The position numbers and the translations under genes are program-made. DNA of 60,028 nucleotides from Eubacteriales bacterium. GTDB lineage: Bacteria; Bacillota; Clostridia; Oscillospirales; CAG-272. Each line of letters starts with the position of its first letter. The stretch's first letter is position 1. Below the pieces are notes generated by a model. That model was not told the DNA's origin, did not search any database, and saw only the letters and a list, made by a program, of their open reading frames with translations. Shown piece after piece: positions 37,187 to 46,829 of this stretch. The stretch is from assembly GCA_045123255.1 (NCBI GenBank), contig JBGVIN010000069.1:1-60028 (forward strand). The letters are read 5' to 3'.

Positions 37187-37302
37187 GCAATAAAATCTTG
37201 GAAATGAGTGTGGCAGAAAATATATGAAAATGCAAAAAACAGACACGTGGTCGGCTGTTTTGCCTGAAACGTGTCTGAAACAGTTATCTAATTTGTGTTA
37301 AA

Positions 37303-37845
37303 TCAGAGTAAATTTTCGTTGTAAACCGCACGAACGCCACCGATGAATTTTGGACGTGTGCGCGCACAGGTGATGTTAGCCTCGCCGATTTTTGAAACTG
37401 AAAGACGCACGGGCACGGCAACCTTTTTTAGGTGCATACCGATTAGCGTTGAGCCGATATCAATTCCTGCATCCGCCTTGATTTCCTCAACGACAACAGG
37501 GTCGCTAAAGCAGGAGTAAGCAAACGTGGCAAGTGAGCCGCCCGCCTTTCTTTGCGGAACTACGTTAACCTCCTCGCAGTACGAGGGCATACATTCTCTT
37601 TCTATAACTATGGCGCGATTAAGATGCTCGCAGCATTGAAACGCAGGGTAAATTTTCTTTGGTACAAGCACGTAGGTTATAGCGTCGTAAATCTCCTCCG
37701 CTACGTTTTCACTTCCGCTCGTGCCTATTTTCTCTCCGACAACCTCGCTCGTTGAGCAGCCGATAACCAAAATATCTCCCGCCTTTAATTTTGCTACCTC
37801 GCAAAGCTCGCGTATTGCGTTTACCGCATCCTCTCTTATGCTCAT
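37303..37845 (-). CDS. TIGR01440 / UPF0340 family protein (YwlG-like)
   Basis: GCSTSEV, QCCEHLNRA, KAGGS, GIDIG.TLIGMHL, TRPKFIGG.RA. Confidence 0.92.
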   Translation of the reverse strand: MSIREDAVNAIRELCEVAKLKAGDILVIGCSTSEVVGEKIGTSGSENVAEEIYDAITYVLVPKKIYPAFQCCEHLNRAIVIERECMPSYCEEVNVVPQRKAGGSLATFAYSCFSDPVVVEEIKADAGIDIGSTLIGMHLKKVAVPVRLSVSKIGEANITCARTRPKFIGGVRAVYNENLL

Positions 37846-37890
37846 AAACCCTCCTGTTAGTAATTATAAATTGTAGTCACATCAAGAAAT

Positions 37891-37919
37891 ATTTTACCAT
37901 TACTTTATAAAAATGTCAA
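37891..37919 (-). promoter_or_regulatory. sigma-A promoter for TIGR01440 gene
   Basis: TTGACA-17 nt-TAAAAT with TG extension on minus strand. Confidence 0.75.
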
Positions 37920-38007
37920 CTATTTTACATCTGTTCAAGATTTATTCACAATTATAGTATATACTATATAGGATAAAATATTTAATAAAGAAAAGTGAGG
38001 AATTATT

Positions 38008-39657
38008 ATGGCAAAGATTCTTAATAAGCTCCAAAATCCAATAGGTGTTGAGGGTCCTGTTCTTACAATAGTAATGGACGGCGTTGGTATCGCTCCCGAT
38101 ACCGTTGGTAACGCAGTTAAGCAGGCGTACACACCTACACTTGATATGATTATGGAAAAATATAAAACCGTAGCGCTCAAGGCACACGGTACAGCAGTTG
38201 GCTTGCCTACTGACGACGATATGGGTAACTCCGAGGTTGGACATAACGCACTCGGCTCAGGTCAGGTTTTTGCACAGGGTGCTAAGCTCGTTTCCGAGTC
38301 AATTGAAAACGGTAAAATGTTTGCATCCGCAACTTGGCAGAATATTGTTAAGAACGTTAAGGATAATAGCGGCACACTTCACTTTATCGGTCTTTTCTCA
38401 GACGGTAACGTTCACTCACATATCGACCACTTGAAGGCTATGATTGTACGCGCTAAGGAAGAAAACGTTTCTCGCGTTCGCCTTCACATTCTTATCGACG
38501 GACGTGACGTTGGAGAAACAAGCGCACTTGACTATATTTTACCGTTCGAGGATTTCCTTTCAGAGCTTCGCACAAACGAGTTCGACGTTATGATCGCATC
38601 AGGCGGCGGACGTATGGTTATCACAATGGACAGATACGAGGCTAACTGGAAAATGGTTGAGCTCGGCTGGAAAACTCACGTGCTTGGCGAGGGCAGACAG
38701 TTCTGCTGTGCTAAGAAGGCGGTTGAAACCTACCGCGAGGAATACAAGGTTATCGACCAAGACCTCCCACCGTTCGTTATTGCGAAGGACGGCGTGCCTG
38801 TTGGTACTATTGAGGATGGCGATAGCGTAATTTTCTATAACTTCCGTGGCGATCGTGCTATTGAAATTTCAAAATCGTTCGACGATAAGGAATTTGATAA
38901 GTTTGACCGCGTTCGTTACCCAAGCGTAGTTTACGCAGGTATGCTCGAATACGACGGCGACCTTCACATTCCGTCAAATTACCTCGTTAACCCACCGGAA
39001 ATCACCAACACAATGGGTGAATATCTTGCAAATACAGGCGTTAGCCAGCTTGCAATCTCCGAAACACAGAAGTACGGTCACGTAACTTATTTCTGGAACG
39101 GAAACAAGAGCGGCAAGTTTGATAACGACCTTGAAACCTACATTGAAATTCCATCTGACGTTGTTCCATTCGAGCAAAGACCTTGGATGAAGTGCGCTGA
39201 AATTACCGACGAGCTTATCTCTTGCCTCGAAAGCGGAAAGTATAAGTCACTTCGCGTTAACTTCCCGAACGGCGATATGGTAGGCCACACAGGTAACATT
39301 TTGGCAACACGTTGCTCAATGGAAGCACTTGACCTTCAATTGAAGAGACTTCTTGACGTTGTAGATAAGCTTGGGGGCGTTGCTCTTATCACTGCTGACC
39401 ACGGTAACGCAGACGAAATGTACGAGGTTGACAAGAAGGGTCAGCCAAAGGCAGGCAAGGACGGCTCATATAAGGCAAAGACAAGCCACACCTTAAATCC
39501 TGTTCCGTTCATCGTTTACGATAACTTCTATAGCGATAAGTACACAGTAAAGCAAGACGGCTCGTATGGTCTTTCCAATGTTGCCGCAACAGTTGTTAAC
39601 TTCCTTGGCTACGAAGCACCTAATATGTGGGATGCTTCTATAATCGAAGTGAAATAA
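38008..39657 (+). CDS. gpmI: 2,3-bisphosphoglycerate-independent phosphoglycerate mutase
   Basis: MGNSEVGH, SDGNVHSH, DGRD, NFRGDR, NGDMVGHTG, TADHGN. Confidence 0.97.
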   Translation: MAKILNKLQNPIGVEGPVLTIVMDGVGIAPDTVGNAVKQAYTPTLDMIMEKYKTVALKAHGTAVGLPTDDDMGNSEVGHNALGSGQVFAQGAKLVSESIENGKMFASATWQNIVKNVKDNSGTLHFIGLFSDGNVHSHIDHLKAMIVRAKEENVSRVRLHILIDGRDVGETSALDYILPFEDFLSELRTNEFDVMIASGGGRMVITMDRYEANWKMVELGWKTHVLGEGRQFCCAKKAVETYREEYKVIDQDLPPFVIAKDGVPVGTIEDGDSVIFYNFRGDRAIEISKSFDDKEFDKFDRVRYPSVVYAGMLEYDGDLHIPSNYLVNPPEITNTMGEYLANTGVSQLAISETQKYGHVTYFWNGNKSGKFDNDLETYIEIPSDVVPFEQRPWMKCAEITDELISCLESGKYKSLRVNFPNGDMVGHTGNILATRCSMEALDLQLKRLLDVVDKLGGVALITADHGNADEMYEVDKKGQPKAGKDGSYKAKTSHTLNPVPFIVYDNFYSDKYTVKQDGSYGLSNVAATVVNFLGYEAPNMWDASIIEVK

Positions 39658-39720
39658 AACGGATGATGACGCATTAAGGCATAAACACATTCTCAAAAGA
39701 AGCGTCAAATTATAATAGTA

Positions 39721-39746
39721 AAAAGGGTTGAGAAATCAACCCTTTT
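39721..39746 (+). terminator. Intrinsic terminator
   Basis: AAAAGGGTTGA-GAAA-TCAACCCTTTT. Confidence 0.8.
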
Positions 39747-39792
39747 GTGTTAGAATATACTTGTTGGAAAAATCTGAATGGAGGCATGAAGC

Positions 39793-40446
39793 GTGAAAAT
39801 TTACTACGAAGACAATGAAATAGTAGTTGTGGAAAAAATCTACGGCGTGTCCTCTCAGGAGTCAAACGGCGAGAATATGATTTCGCTCATTGAAAAGGAA
39901 ACGGGGAGTAAGGCTTTTTGCGTGCATCGCCTTGATACTCAAACAACGGGCTTGATGGTTTACGCAAAAACGAAGGAAAGTGCCGCGTTTTTATCAAGCG
40001 AAATATCAAACGGAAAAATGCACAAGGAGTATTTAGCCGTCTGCCACGGAAAAACGCCAAACAACGTAGAGCTAATTGACAATTTATACCACGACAAAAT
40101 GAAAAACAAGTCCTTTGCGGTAGATAAAAAGAGAAGCGGCACAAAGGAAGCAAGGCTTCATATTTGGACACAGGGTGAGGAAAAATACAAGGAAAAGGAG
40201 CTTTCACTTGCAAAAATTCTTCTCCACACGGGCAGAACCCACCAAATAAGAGTACAGCTTTCCTCGCGCGGTAACGCTTTGTACGGTGACGGCAAATACG
40301 GGGCGAAGGACAACGATAAAATCGCACTTCATTGCTTCAAGCTATCATTCACACATCCAAACGGCAGAGAGCTAACGTTCATTTCGCTTCCGAGCGGCGG
40401 AGTGTGGGATGCGTTTTTGGCAAATCTTTCAGCTCTTGAAAATTGA
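39793..40446 (+). CDS. RluA-family pseudouridine synthase
   Basis: VHRLD..TTGL, TGRTHQIRVQ, GDGKYG, LH. Confidence 0.92.
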   Translation: MKIYYEDNEIVVVEKIYGVSSQESNGENMISLIEKETGSKAFCVHRLDTQTTGLMVYAKTKESAAFLSSEISNGKMHKEYLAVCHGKTPNNVELIDNLYHDKMKNKSFAVDKKRSGTKEARLHIWTQGEEKYKEKELSLAKILLHTGRTHQIRVQLSSRGNALYGDGKYGAKDNDKIALHCFKLSFTHPNGRELTFISLPSGGVWDAFLANLSALEN

Positions 40447-40449
40447 GCG

Positions 40450-41430
40450 TTAGGTGAGTAGGATTAAGAGCTTGCAAATTATAAAGCCAAGCACAAATGA
40501 AATAGGCAGGGTGATAATAGAGGTTAGAAAAATCTTTATTATCGCCCTTTTGCTTTTTATTTTCGGAGATTGCTCGGTTGCGTAAACCGAGGCACTTTTT
40601 ATGTTTGACGTGCTGACGGGAAAACCAAAGACAGAAGAGACGGCAAGAGAAGAGAAAACGGCAAAATCGGCAAAAAACACGCTTGATGTGTCTGTGTTTT
40701 CACTTAATTCGTCCATTGATGAAAGAATTCTTTTTCCGCTTAGTAAGGTTGAAATGCACATAACTGCACCGATAAGAATGATTAAAATCAGCGGTGGCTT
40801 TGTCTTCCCACTCGCCCCGACACCTAAAACGACTAACAAAATTGCCAAAAGCTTTTGTCCGTCCTGTGCGCCGTGCATAAACGACAGCACAGAGCAGCTA
40901 AGAGTGAGTAAGATGCGCTTGATTTTTAAGTGCGGTGAGATTTTTTTGACGAAAAAACGTGATAAAAGATAGGAAAGAAATGATGAAGCACATATAGAAA
41001 ATACGATATAAAATAAGCTCAGTAGGTATTTTTCCTTTGCTTCACCCAAGCAAAGCCTTGCACCCATTAGTGAAAAAAGGAGCGCGTGGCTCTCACTTGA
41101 CGGCATTTTGAATACCCATGCAAGCGCCCCCACGAGAGTTACTGTAATTAGGCAGGCACAAACCATAAGGCTGCCGCTGCCACCGTTTGCGCTTGCAAGC
41201 TCACAAACGCTTTTTCCAACGGAGAAAAAGAGCAGGGATGAAACAAAAACGCCAAGAAAATTAAAAAATCCGCTAATCAGCGACGCGCCGAAAACCGACA
41301 AGCCGCCAACCCTTACCGACGAATGTATGGAGTTTGGCGCGTCGGTAAATCCGTTTACAAAGGTTACGCACAAAACGAGTAAAAATGCAAAAAAGTCAAG
41401 GGGAGTGTCTAATTTTGACCAAAAATTCAC
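40450..41430 (-). CDS. Inorganic phosphate transporter (PiT family), divergent
   Basis: NGFTDAPNS, PSSESHA, HGAQDGQK, PVSTS. Confidence 0.85.
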   Translation of the reverse strand: MNFWSKLDTPLDFFAFLLVLCVTFVNGFTDAPNSIHSSVRVGGLSVFGASLISGFFNFLGVFVSSLLFFSVGKSVCELASANGGSGSLMVCACLITVTLVGALAWVFKMPSSESHALLFSLMGARLCLGEAKEKYLLSLFYIVFSICASSFLSYLLSRFFVKKISPHLKIKRILLTLSCSVLSFMHGAQDGQKLLAILLVVLGVGASGKTKPPLILIILIGAVMCISTLLSGKRILSSMDELSENTDTSSVFFADFAVFSSLAVSSVFGFPVSTSNIKSASVYATEQSPKIKSKRAIIKIFLTSIITLPISFVLGFIICKLLILLT

Positions 41431-41558
41431 AATTTCCCCTCCTTTTTTCTTTAAGACCAGTTTTTGCGGCGTATCTGAAAAATTCTTCCTTGCCGCGCCC
41501 TGCCTTAGTCAACTTTTCTCTGCTTCTACATAAAATGTATTTTAAGGGAGGGATTTAT

Positions 41559-42311
41559 ATGATACTTGAAAAGGAATATTTAAGGGAAAATGCGGTTTTG
41601 TACGCCCGCCGCTTCGCTCTTGTCAGAAATCCGCTTTATTATACCTTTGAGGGAATAGGCGGAAACTGTACGAATTTTGCATCTCAATGTGTCTTGGCGG
41701 GCAGCTGCGTGATGAACTTTAACGACGTTTACGGCTGGTACTATCTTTCACTTGCAAGACGGAGTGCATCGTGGACGGGTGTCGATTTTTTCTACAATTT
41801 CATGGTAACCAACGAGGGCGTGGGACCGTTTGGCAGAGAGGTTATGCTCAAAGAAGCGCAAATAGGTGATTTAATTCAGCTTCAAAATGATGAGGGGCGG
41901 TTTTATCACACTCTCGTTATTACGAAAATCGAGGAAAATGAAATTTATATTTGCGCCAACTCAAACGACGCCTTGGACAGACCCCTGTCGAGCTACGAAT
42001 ATGCTTCCTTGCGCGTTATTCACATCGACGGGGTTAGATACGACACGAGATACCAAATAGATTGCTTCGACTCGCTTTATTCGCCGCCCGGCTTCGTTTT
42101 GCCAAGTGAAGGAGAAGCACCGCCGAACGGAGAAGCACCGCCAAACGGAGAAGCACCGCCAAACGGAGAAGCACCGCCAAGCGGAGAAGCACCGCCGAAC
42201 GGAGAAGCACCGCCGAACGGAGAAGCACCGCCGAACGGAGAAGCACCGCCGAACGGAGAAGCACCGCCAAACGGAGAAGCACCGCCAAACGGAGAAGCAC
42301 CGCCAAGCTGA
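41559..42311 (+). CDS. Amidase_6-like domain protein with (GEAPPN)n tail
   Basis: GGNCTNFASQC, GDLIQL, FYHTLVI; GGAGG RBS before MILEKEY at 41559. Confidence 0.8.
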   Translation: MILEKEYLRENAVLYARRFALVRNPLYYTFEGIGGNCTNFASQCVLAGSCVMNFNDVYGWYYLSLARRSASWTGVDFFYNFMVTNEGVGPFGREVMLKEAQIGDLIQLQNDEGRFYHTLVITKIEENEIYICANSNDALDRPLSSYEYASLRVIHIDGVRYDTRYQIDCFDSLYSPPGFVLPSEGEAPPNGEAPPNGEAPPNGEAPPSGEAPPNGEAPPNGEAPPNGEAPPNGEAPPNGEAPPNGEAPPS

Positions 42312-42344
42312 GAAGCACCGCCGAATGGAGAAGCACCGCCAAGC
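42111..42344 (+). repeat. 18 bp VNTR, 13 copies
   Basis: GGAGAAGCACCGCC(G/A)A(A/G)C x13 head to tail; copy 12 begins TGA instead of GGA. Confidence 0.97.
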
Positions 42345-42549
42345 GAATGACAAAAAACGCGCCGAAACATCAAATTTTATCTAAAAAATGAACGCGGAAT
42401 AAATGCATAAAAATTGCAAATGTAACAAAATGCACAAAAAACAAACGCTTAGTCGGGTGAAAGAAAAGGCGTTTTTGTCGCTTTTGTATAAAATTGCACA
42501 GAAAGGTGAGCCATCTTAAAAAATTTTTGTTAAATAAGTATAAACTTGC

Positions 42550-42578
42550 TTGACAAAGACTTCATTTTATAGTATTAT
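42550..42578 (+). promoter_or_regulatory. sigma-A promoter for glycoside hydrolase gene
   Basis: TTGACA-17 nt-TATTAT. Confidence 0.75.
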
Positions 42579-42642
42579 TAATATGTATAAAATTCTATAT
42601 AAATAGATTTGTTTACAGTACATATTTTTCGGAGGAAGAAAA

Positions 42643-45435
42643 ATGAAGAAAAAATGGCTTTCGGTAATGCTTATTATTCTTGCAATATGCTTAGTATTAC
42701 CAATAGTTGCTGCTTGTGCAATCAACGGAAACGATACAAGTGGCTCAACCGACTCAGGAAACACCGATACAAGCGGTGGCAACAATGAGAATGACGGAGA
42801 TGATTTGCAAAAACCGACAGGCGGTGCGTCTGTTCTTGAATCAAATTCAGCTCCAGTTGTAAATTACCTCAGAATAGCAGAGATTGGCGAAAACAGCGTT
42901 ACTGTTAAATTCAATCTTGTTGGCGAAGCAAACAAATACGAGGTAAGATACTCAAACAAGGAAATCACAGACAAAAACTATGAAAACGCTACTATTGCAG
43001 ACGTTACCGTTACAGGTGACTGTGCGATAAAGACCTTTACTATTGAAAATCTTTCAGTAGGTAAGGAAAACAAGGCGCACATCACAGTTAAGGCTGAAAA
43101 CGATCAATACGTTAGCGATTATGCACAGGTTCGTGCAGGCGGTATTGAAATCGTCGTGCTCGACCCAAGCAAGCCGCAAACACTTTCAAACGGTGAAACT
43201 AACCGTTACTTGAACCAGCTTATTGACGAGCAGATTGGCGTTGGTGACCCATTAAACGGTGACTACGGCGACATCACTCCTGTGTCAAGAGTTGAGCAGT
43301 TCTGGTTTGAAAAGGGTCACGTTTTCCCGAACTGGGTTAAGGATAAGACAGACGAGCGCTTCGGCACTCACCTTACTCCTATCATCGACCTTGAATACGT
43401 TCACTACGTTGATACCGTTATGCTTTTCTACGGCGGAACAACATATGACGTAACCGTTCGTGCTTCAAAGAAGGCAGCTAACTTCAATACCCCTGAGGAT
43501 TGGGATTTTGAAAAGACATACAAGGCTGAGGAGCTTACAAAGTACGCATATCAAGCAGTTGAGATTGGCATTGAAGCAAGATACGTTCAAATTGATTTTA
43601 TAGACGGTCAAGCTCCGACTGAGGTTCTTGTTTACGGCTATGCTGTGGGCGAGGATGAGGATATGATGATCAAGGAGCCGACTCACAAGCTTCCTACAAT
43701 TAAGGAAATTATGGGTCAATGCGGCTTCGTTGCAGGCGGTGGCGGTAACTGTACAATTGAACAGCTTTCCTGCTCATACGTAGTTCGTGAGTACCACAAC
43801 GTTGGTTGGTCATACTCACTCGGCTCATTCCCCGGCAAGGCTGCTAAGTTCGGTAACACCGTTGTTGGTAACTTTGACGAGGCGTATAAGGTATATTCAG
43901 AGGCTGGTCTTTTGGTTATCCCTTGCTTACAGTGGAACGAGCAATCTGCTCCATCACGTCTTTACGACGAATTTGAAAACAAGCTTTCAACCCAAATTGC
44001 TTCTTGGGAAGAAAAATATCTCCCATCAACATGGGCTGCATACGCAGACCTTATATACCAATACGCTGCACGTTACGGAAGCAGTAAGATGGGATACTTG
44101 GTAGAAAACATTCTTGTTCACTCCGACGCAACACCCGACAACTGCGAGGTTGGCCGTGGCTACATTCAGTGGGTAGAGCTTGGTAACGAGCCTAACGGTG
44201 AGGACGCAGCAGGTGCTACACCTTACCAGCTTGCAGCTCTTACATCCGCTGCATACGACGGACACCAAAGAACAATTCTTTCAAACGTGTTTAATCCAAA
44301 CAGCTTTACCTACCCATTCGGCGGTAAGACAGCTGACCCCGATATCAAGCTTGCAATGGCAGGTCTTGCAGGTATCGGTGACAGATATATCACATCAATG
44401 GTATATTGGATGAGAGCTAACAGAACAGACGGCTCTATCGCTATGGACGCATTCAACGTTCACAACTATTTCGTAAAGCAATTCTTTATGAACGACCAAT
44501 CAATCCTCGTTGGCGTTAGCCCTGAGGAATTCGGACTCGTTGACGCTATGTCAGAGCTTATTCGCTTCAGAGATAAGTATTATCCTGACGTTGAGGTATG
44601 GCTCACAGAGTTCGGTTGGGATACAAACCAATCATATGAAACTAAGACATCCTCACACGCATATAACACTGAGGACTTAAACGGCGACGGTGAAATCTCC
44701 GAGTACGAGCTTGTAATGCGCGGCCGTGAGGTTCAAGGTATGTGGCTCATCCGTGCTTATCTCTTGCTCGCATCCTGCGGCGTTGATAAGGCAACGATGT
44801 ACATGTGCGAGGACGCAGCAAGTGACGACGTTGGTGCTATCGGTCACTACGGTACTTGCGGTATTTGGAACTATGCAAGAACACCTGAAACACGTCACAG
44901 AATTTACTATGCTACACTTAAGGGCGCAGTAGATGATGAAGGAAAGAGACCTGTTTTAGATGAGTTCGAGGTTTACGAGGTTGAAACGGTTACTGTTAAC
45001 GACAGCGGCGCAGAGGAAGTTACAAAGGAATACTTCCGTCTTGACAATGACGTTAAGGTAGAGGTTCCGGAGGGCGGAGATCTTAGCTTAGAGAGCAAGA
45101 ACGAGGCTAAAGCCGGATACTACTATATGTACACACTTCTTAACACACTCACAGATATGACGTTCGTTAAGGAAATCGACTCAGGCAACGAGGACGTATG
45201 GATTTACGAGTTTGCTGACGGTCGCGGTCAGGTTGGCTATGCACTCTGGTGCCCAACCTCAAACGGTACAGTAGTTGAGGACTACGTTCTTACAATTAAC
45301 GGTAGCAAGGCAACACTCACAGAATGTGACTATAAGAATGCCGACATCGACGGTGTTCAAACTAACCTTGAAATCACAAACAACACAGTTAAGGTTACAG
45401 TTAGCGAGAACCCTGTTTACGTTGTAGTAGAATAA
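42643..45435 (+). CDS. Lipoprotein clan GH-A glycoside hydrolase with FN3-like and discoidin-like accessory domains
   Basis: Lipobox VAAC and S/G/T linker; ELGNEPN (acid/base) and VWLTEFGW (nucleophile); C-terminal VSENPVYV strand. Confidence 0.75.
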   Translation: MKKKWLSVMLIILAICLVLPIVAACAINGNDTSGSTDSGNTDTSGGNNENDGDDLQKPTGGASVLESNSAPVVNYLRIAEIGENSVTVKFNLVGEANKYEVRYSNKEITDKNYENATIADVTVTGDCAIKTFTIENLSVGKENKAHITVKAENDQYVSDYAQVRAGGIEIVVLDPSKPQTLSNGETNRYLNQLIDEQIGVGDPLNGDYGDITPVSRVEQFWFEKGHVFPNWVKDKTDERFGTHLTPIIDLEYVHYVDTVMLFYGGTTYDVTVRASKKAANFNTPEDWDFEKTYKAEELTKYAYQAVEIGIEARYVQIDFIDGQAPTEVLVYGYAVGEDEDMMIKEPTHKLPTIKEIMGQCGFVAGGGGNCTIEQLSCSYVVREYHNVGWSYSLGSFPGKAAKFGNTVVGNFDEAYKVYSEAGLLVIPCLQWNEQSAPSRLYDEFENKLSTQIASWEEKYLPSTWAAYADLIYQYAARYGSSKMGYLVENILVHSDATPDNCEVGRGYIQWVELGNEPNGEDAAGATPYQLAALTSAAYDGHQRTILSNVFNPNSFTYPFGGKTADPDIKLAMAGLAGIGDRYITSMVYWMRANRTDGSIAMDAFNVHNYFVKQFFMNDQSILVGVSPEEFGLVDAMSELIRFRDKYYPDVEVWLTEFGWDTNQSYETKTSSHAYNTEDLNGDGEISEYELVMRGREVQGMWLIRAYLLLASCGVDKATMYMCEDAASDDVGAIGHYGTCGIWNYARTPETRHRIYYATLKGAVDDEGKRPVLDEFEVYEVETVTVNDSGAEEVTKEYFRLDNDVKVEVPEGGDLSLESKNEAKAGYYYMYTLLNTLTDMTFVKEIDSGNEDVWIYEFADGRGQVGYALWCPTSNGTVVEDYVLTINGSKATLTECDYKNADIDGVQTNLEITNNTVKVTVSENPVYVVVE

Positions 45436-45448
45436 TAAAATTATCATA

Positions 45449-45480
45449 AAAAGCACTCTCCAAGCGAGAGTGCTTTTTTT
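45449..45480 (+). terminator. Intrinsic terminator that also matches CIRCE geometry
   Basis: AAAGCACTC-N9-GAGTGCTTT followed by T-run. Confidence 0.8.
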
Positions 45481-45559
45481 ACACGCAAAGACAAGAATGC
45501 CCGTAAATAGGAGCTTCTAATATATATATAGGAAGAAAAAATGTCGAAAAAACACGTTT

Positions 45560-45586
45560 TAAGCACTTTGGGCAAGTGATTGCTAA
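45560..45586. promoter_or_regulatory. CIRCE element (upstream copy)
   Basis: TAAGCACTT-N9-GATTGCTAA versus consensus TTAGCACTC-N9-GAGTGCTAA. Confidence 0.75.
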
Positions 45587-45624
45587 AAAACTTTTGAAAA
45601 TTTCAAAAAAATTATAAAAAATGC

Positions 45625-45653
45625 TTGACAAATGGAATAATAGATGATATATT
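45625..45653 (+). promoter_or_regulatory. sigma-A promoter of hrcA-dnaK operon
   Basis: TTGACA-17 nt-TATATT with TG extension. Confidence 0.85.
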
Positions 45654-45664
45654 ATTCATAGAGT

Positions 45665-45691
45665 TTAGCACTTAGGCTAAAAGAGTGCTAA
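45665..45691. promoter_or_regulatory. CIRCE element (HrcA operator)
   Basis: TTAGCACTT-N9-GAGTGCTAA between promoter and hrcA. Confidence 0.95.
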
Positions 45692-45719
45692 ATGTCAAAA
45701 ACAGGGAGGGAAAGGAAAA

Positions 45720-46829
45720 ATGAGCTTTGAAAATCAAGCGTTAAGCGACAGAAAAAAGCTAATTCTTCGCGCAATTGTTGAGGCACACATCAAGCTTGGT
45801 GAGCCTGTCGGCTCTAAATACCTTATGCAAGAGGGCAGAATTCCTTATTCCTCTGCAACAATTCGTAACGAAATGGCGGAGCTTGAGGAGCTTGGCTATC
45901 TTGATAAGCCACATACCTCAGCAGGCAGAATTCCGTCGGAGCTTGGATACAGATTTTATGTTGACACGCTCGTTTCGCAATACGATGCCAAAACAAGTGA
46001 GGCAAGGGAGCTTAAAAAGATGCTCTCTGTTAAAATGTCGGAGATTGACAAAATTCTCGACAACGCAACCAAGGTTGCATCCGCTATGACTAACTACACA
46101 GCGCTTTCGCTTCGCCCACGTCCGTCAAGTATAGCAATTAAAAAATACGAGGCGGTTTACCTTGACACAAGGTCCTACCTCATTGTTATGATAGCACAGG
46201 GCACAGAGGCGGTTAAGACGAAAAGAGTAAACGTTAATTTCAGTGTCAGTCCAGATGAAATTTCCGCACTTTCAAGGGTGCTTAACGAAAATCTTTCGGG
46301 CGTTTACGTTGACGGAATTAACATCCATCTTATGATGTCGATGACAACGCAGCTTAGCGAGCTTATAGGACTTAACGCCGAGCTTGCAGAGGAGCTTGTT
46401 TCGGTTACTGTAAAGAGCATTTACGAAACGATGAATGAGCTTGGAAGCGAAATTAAGTTCGAGGGCGTTAACCGCCTGCTCGAATACCCCGAGTACAAAA
46501 ATATTGAAAAGCTTCAAAAAATGATATCTACTATTGAAAATAAGGAAGATATTATAAGAGCCGTTAGCACCATTGACCAAAGCGATGACGACACAAAAAT
46601 TTTTATCGGCTCGGAAAATATGGTTAAAATAATGGATGATTCAACTCTTATTTATAAGAATTTGAAGTTGAACGGCAAAACGATAGGCGCCATAGGCATA
46701 ATAGGACCTTGCCGTATGGACTACTCAAAGGTGCTTGCAACCATCGACCAGCTGTCGGAGGAAATTAACCACCTTTCCGACATTGGCTCATTGCCGAGTG
46801 CAAAAAACGAAGAGGATGAAGAATTATAA
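45720..46829 (+). CDS. hrcA: Heat-inducible transcription repressor
   Basis: EPVGSK, SSATIRNEMAELEELG, PHTSAGRIPS, IIGPCRMDY. Confidence 0.97.
   Translation: MSFENQALSDRKKLILRAIVEAHIKLGEPVGSKYLMQEGRIPYSSATIRNEMAELEELGYLDKPHTSAGRIPSELGYRFYVDTLVSQYDAKTSEARELKKMLSVKMSEIDKILDNATKVASAMTNYTALSLRPRPSSIAIKKYEAVYLDTRSYLIVMIAQGTEAVKTKRVNVNFSVSPDEISALSRVLNENLSGVYVDGINIHLMMSMTTQLSELIGLNAELAEELVSVTVKSIYETMNELGSEIKFEGVNRLLEYPEYKNIEKLQKMISTIENKEDIIRAVSTIDQSDDDTKIFIGSENMVKIMDDSTLIYKNLKLNGKTIGAIGIIGPCRMDYSKVLATIDQLSEEINHLSDIGSLPSAKNEEDEEL

Noticed and set aside
42309-42311. TGA-to-Gly recoding (genetic code 25) suggested by TGA replacing GGA in the repeat
   Set aside because: TGA is the true stop of ddh, grpE, prmA and others here, and no conserved gene shows in-frame TGA
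42111-42344. CRISPR array
   Set aside because: Head-to-tail 18-mers with no unique spacers, in-frame coding, no cas genes
41961-42384. Alternative-frame ORFs (RRCFSV, AVLLRS, GGASPF, EKHRRT repeats)
   Set aside because: By-products of a stop-free 18-bp repeat; no RBS or independent domain
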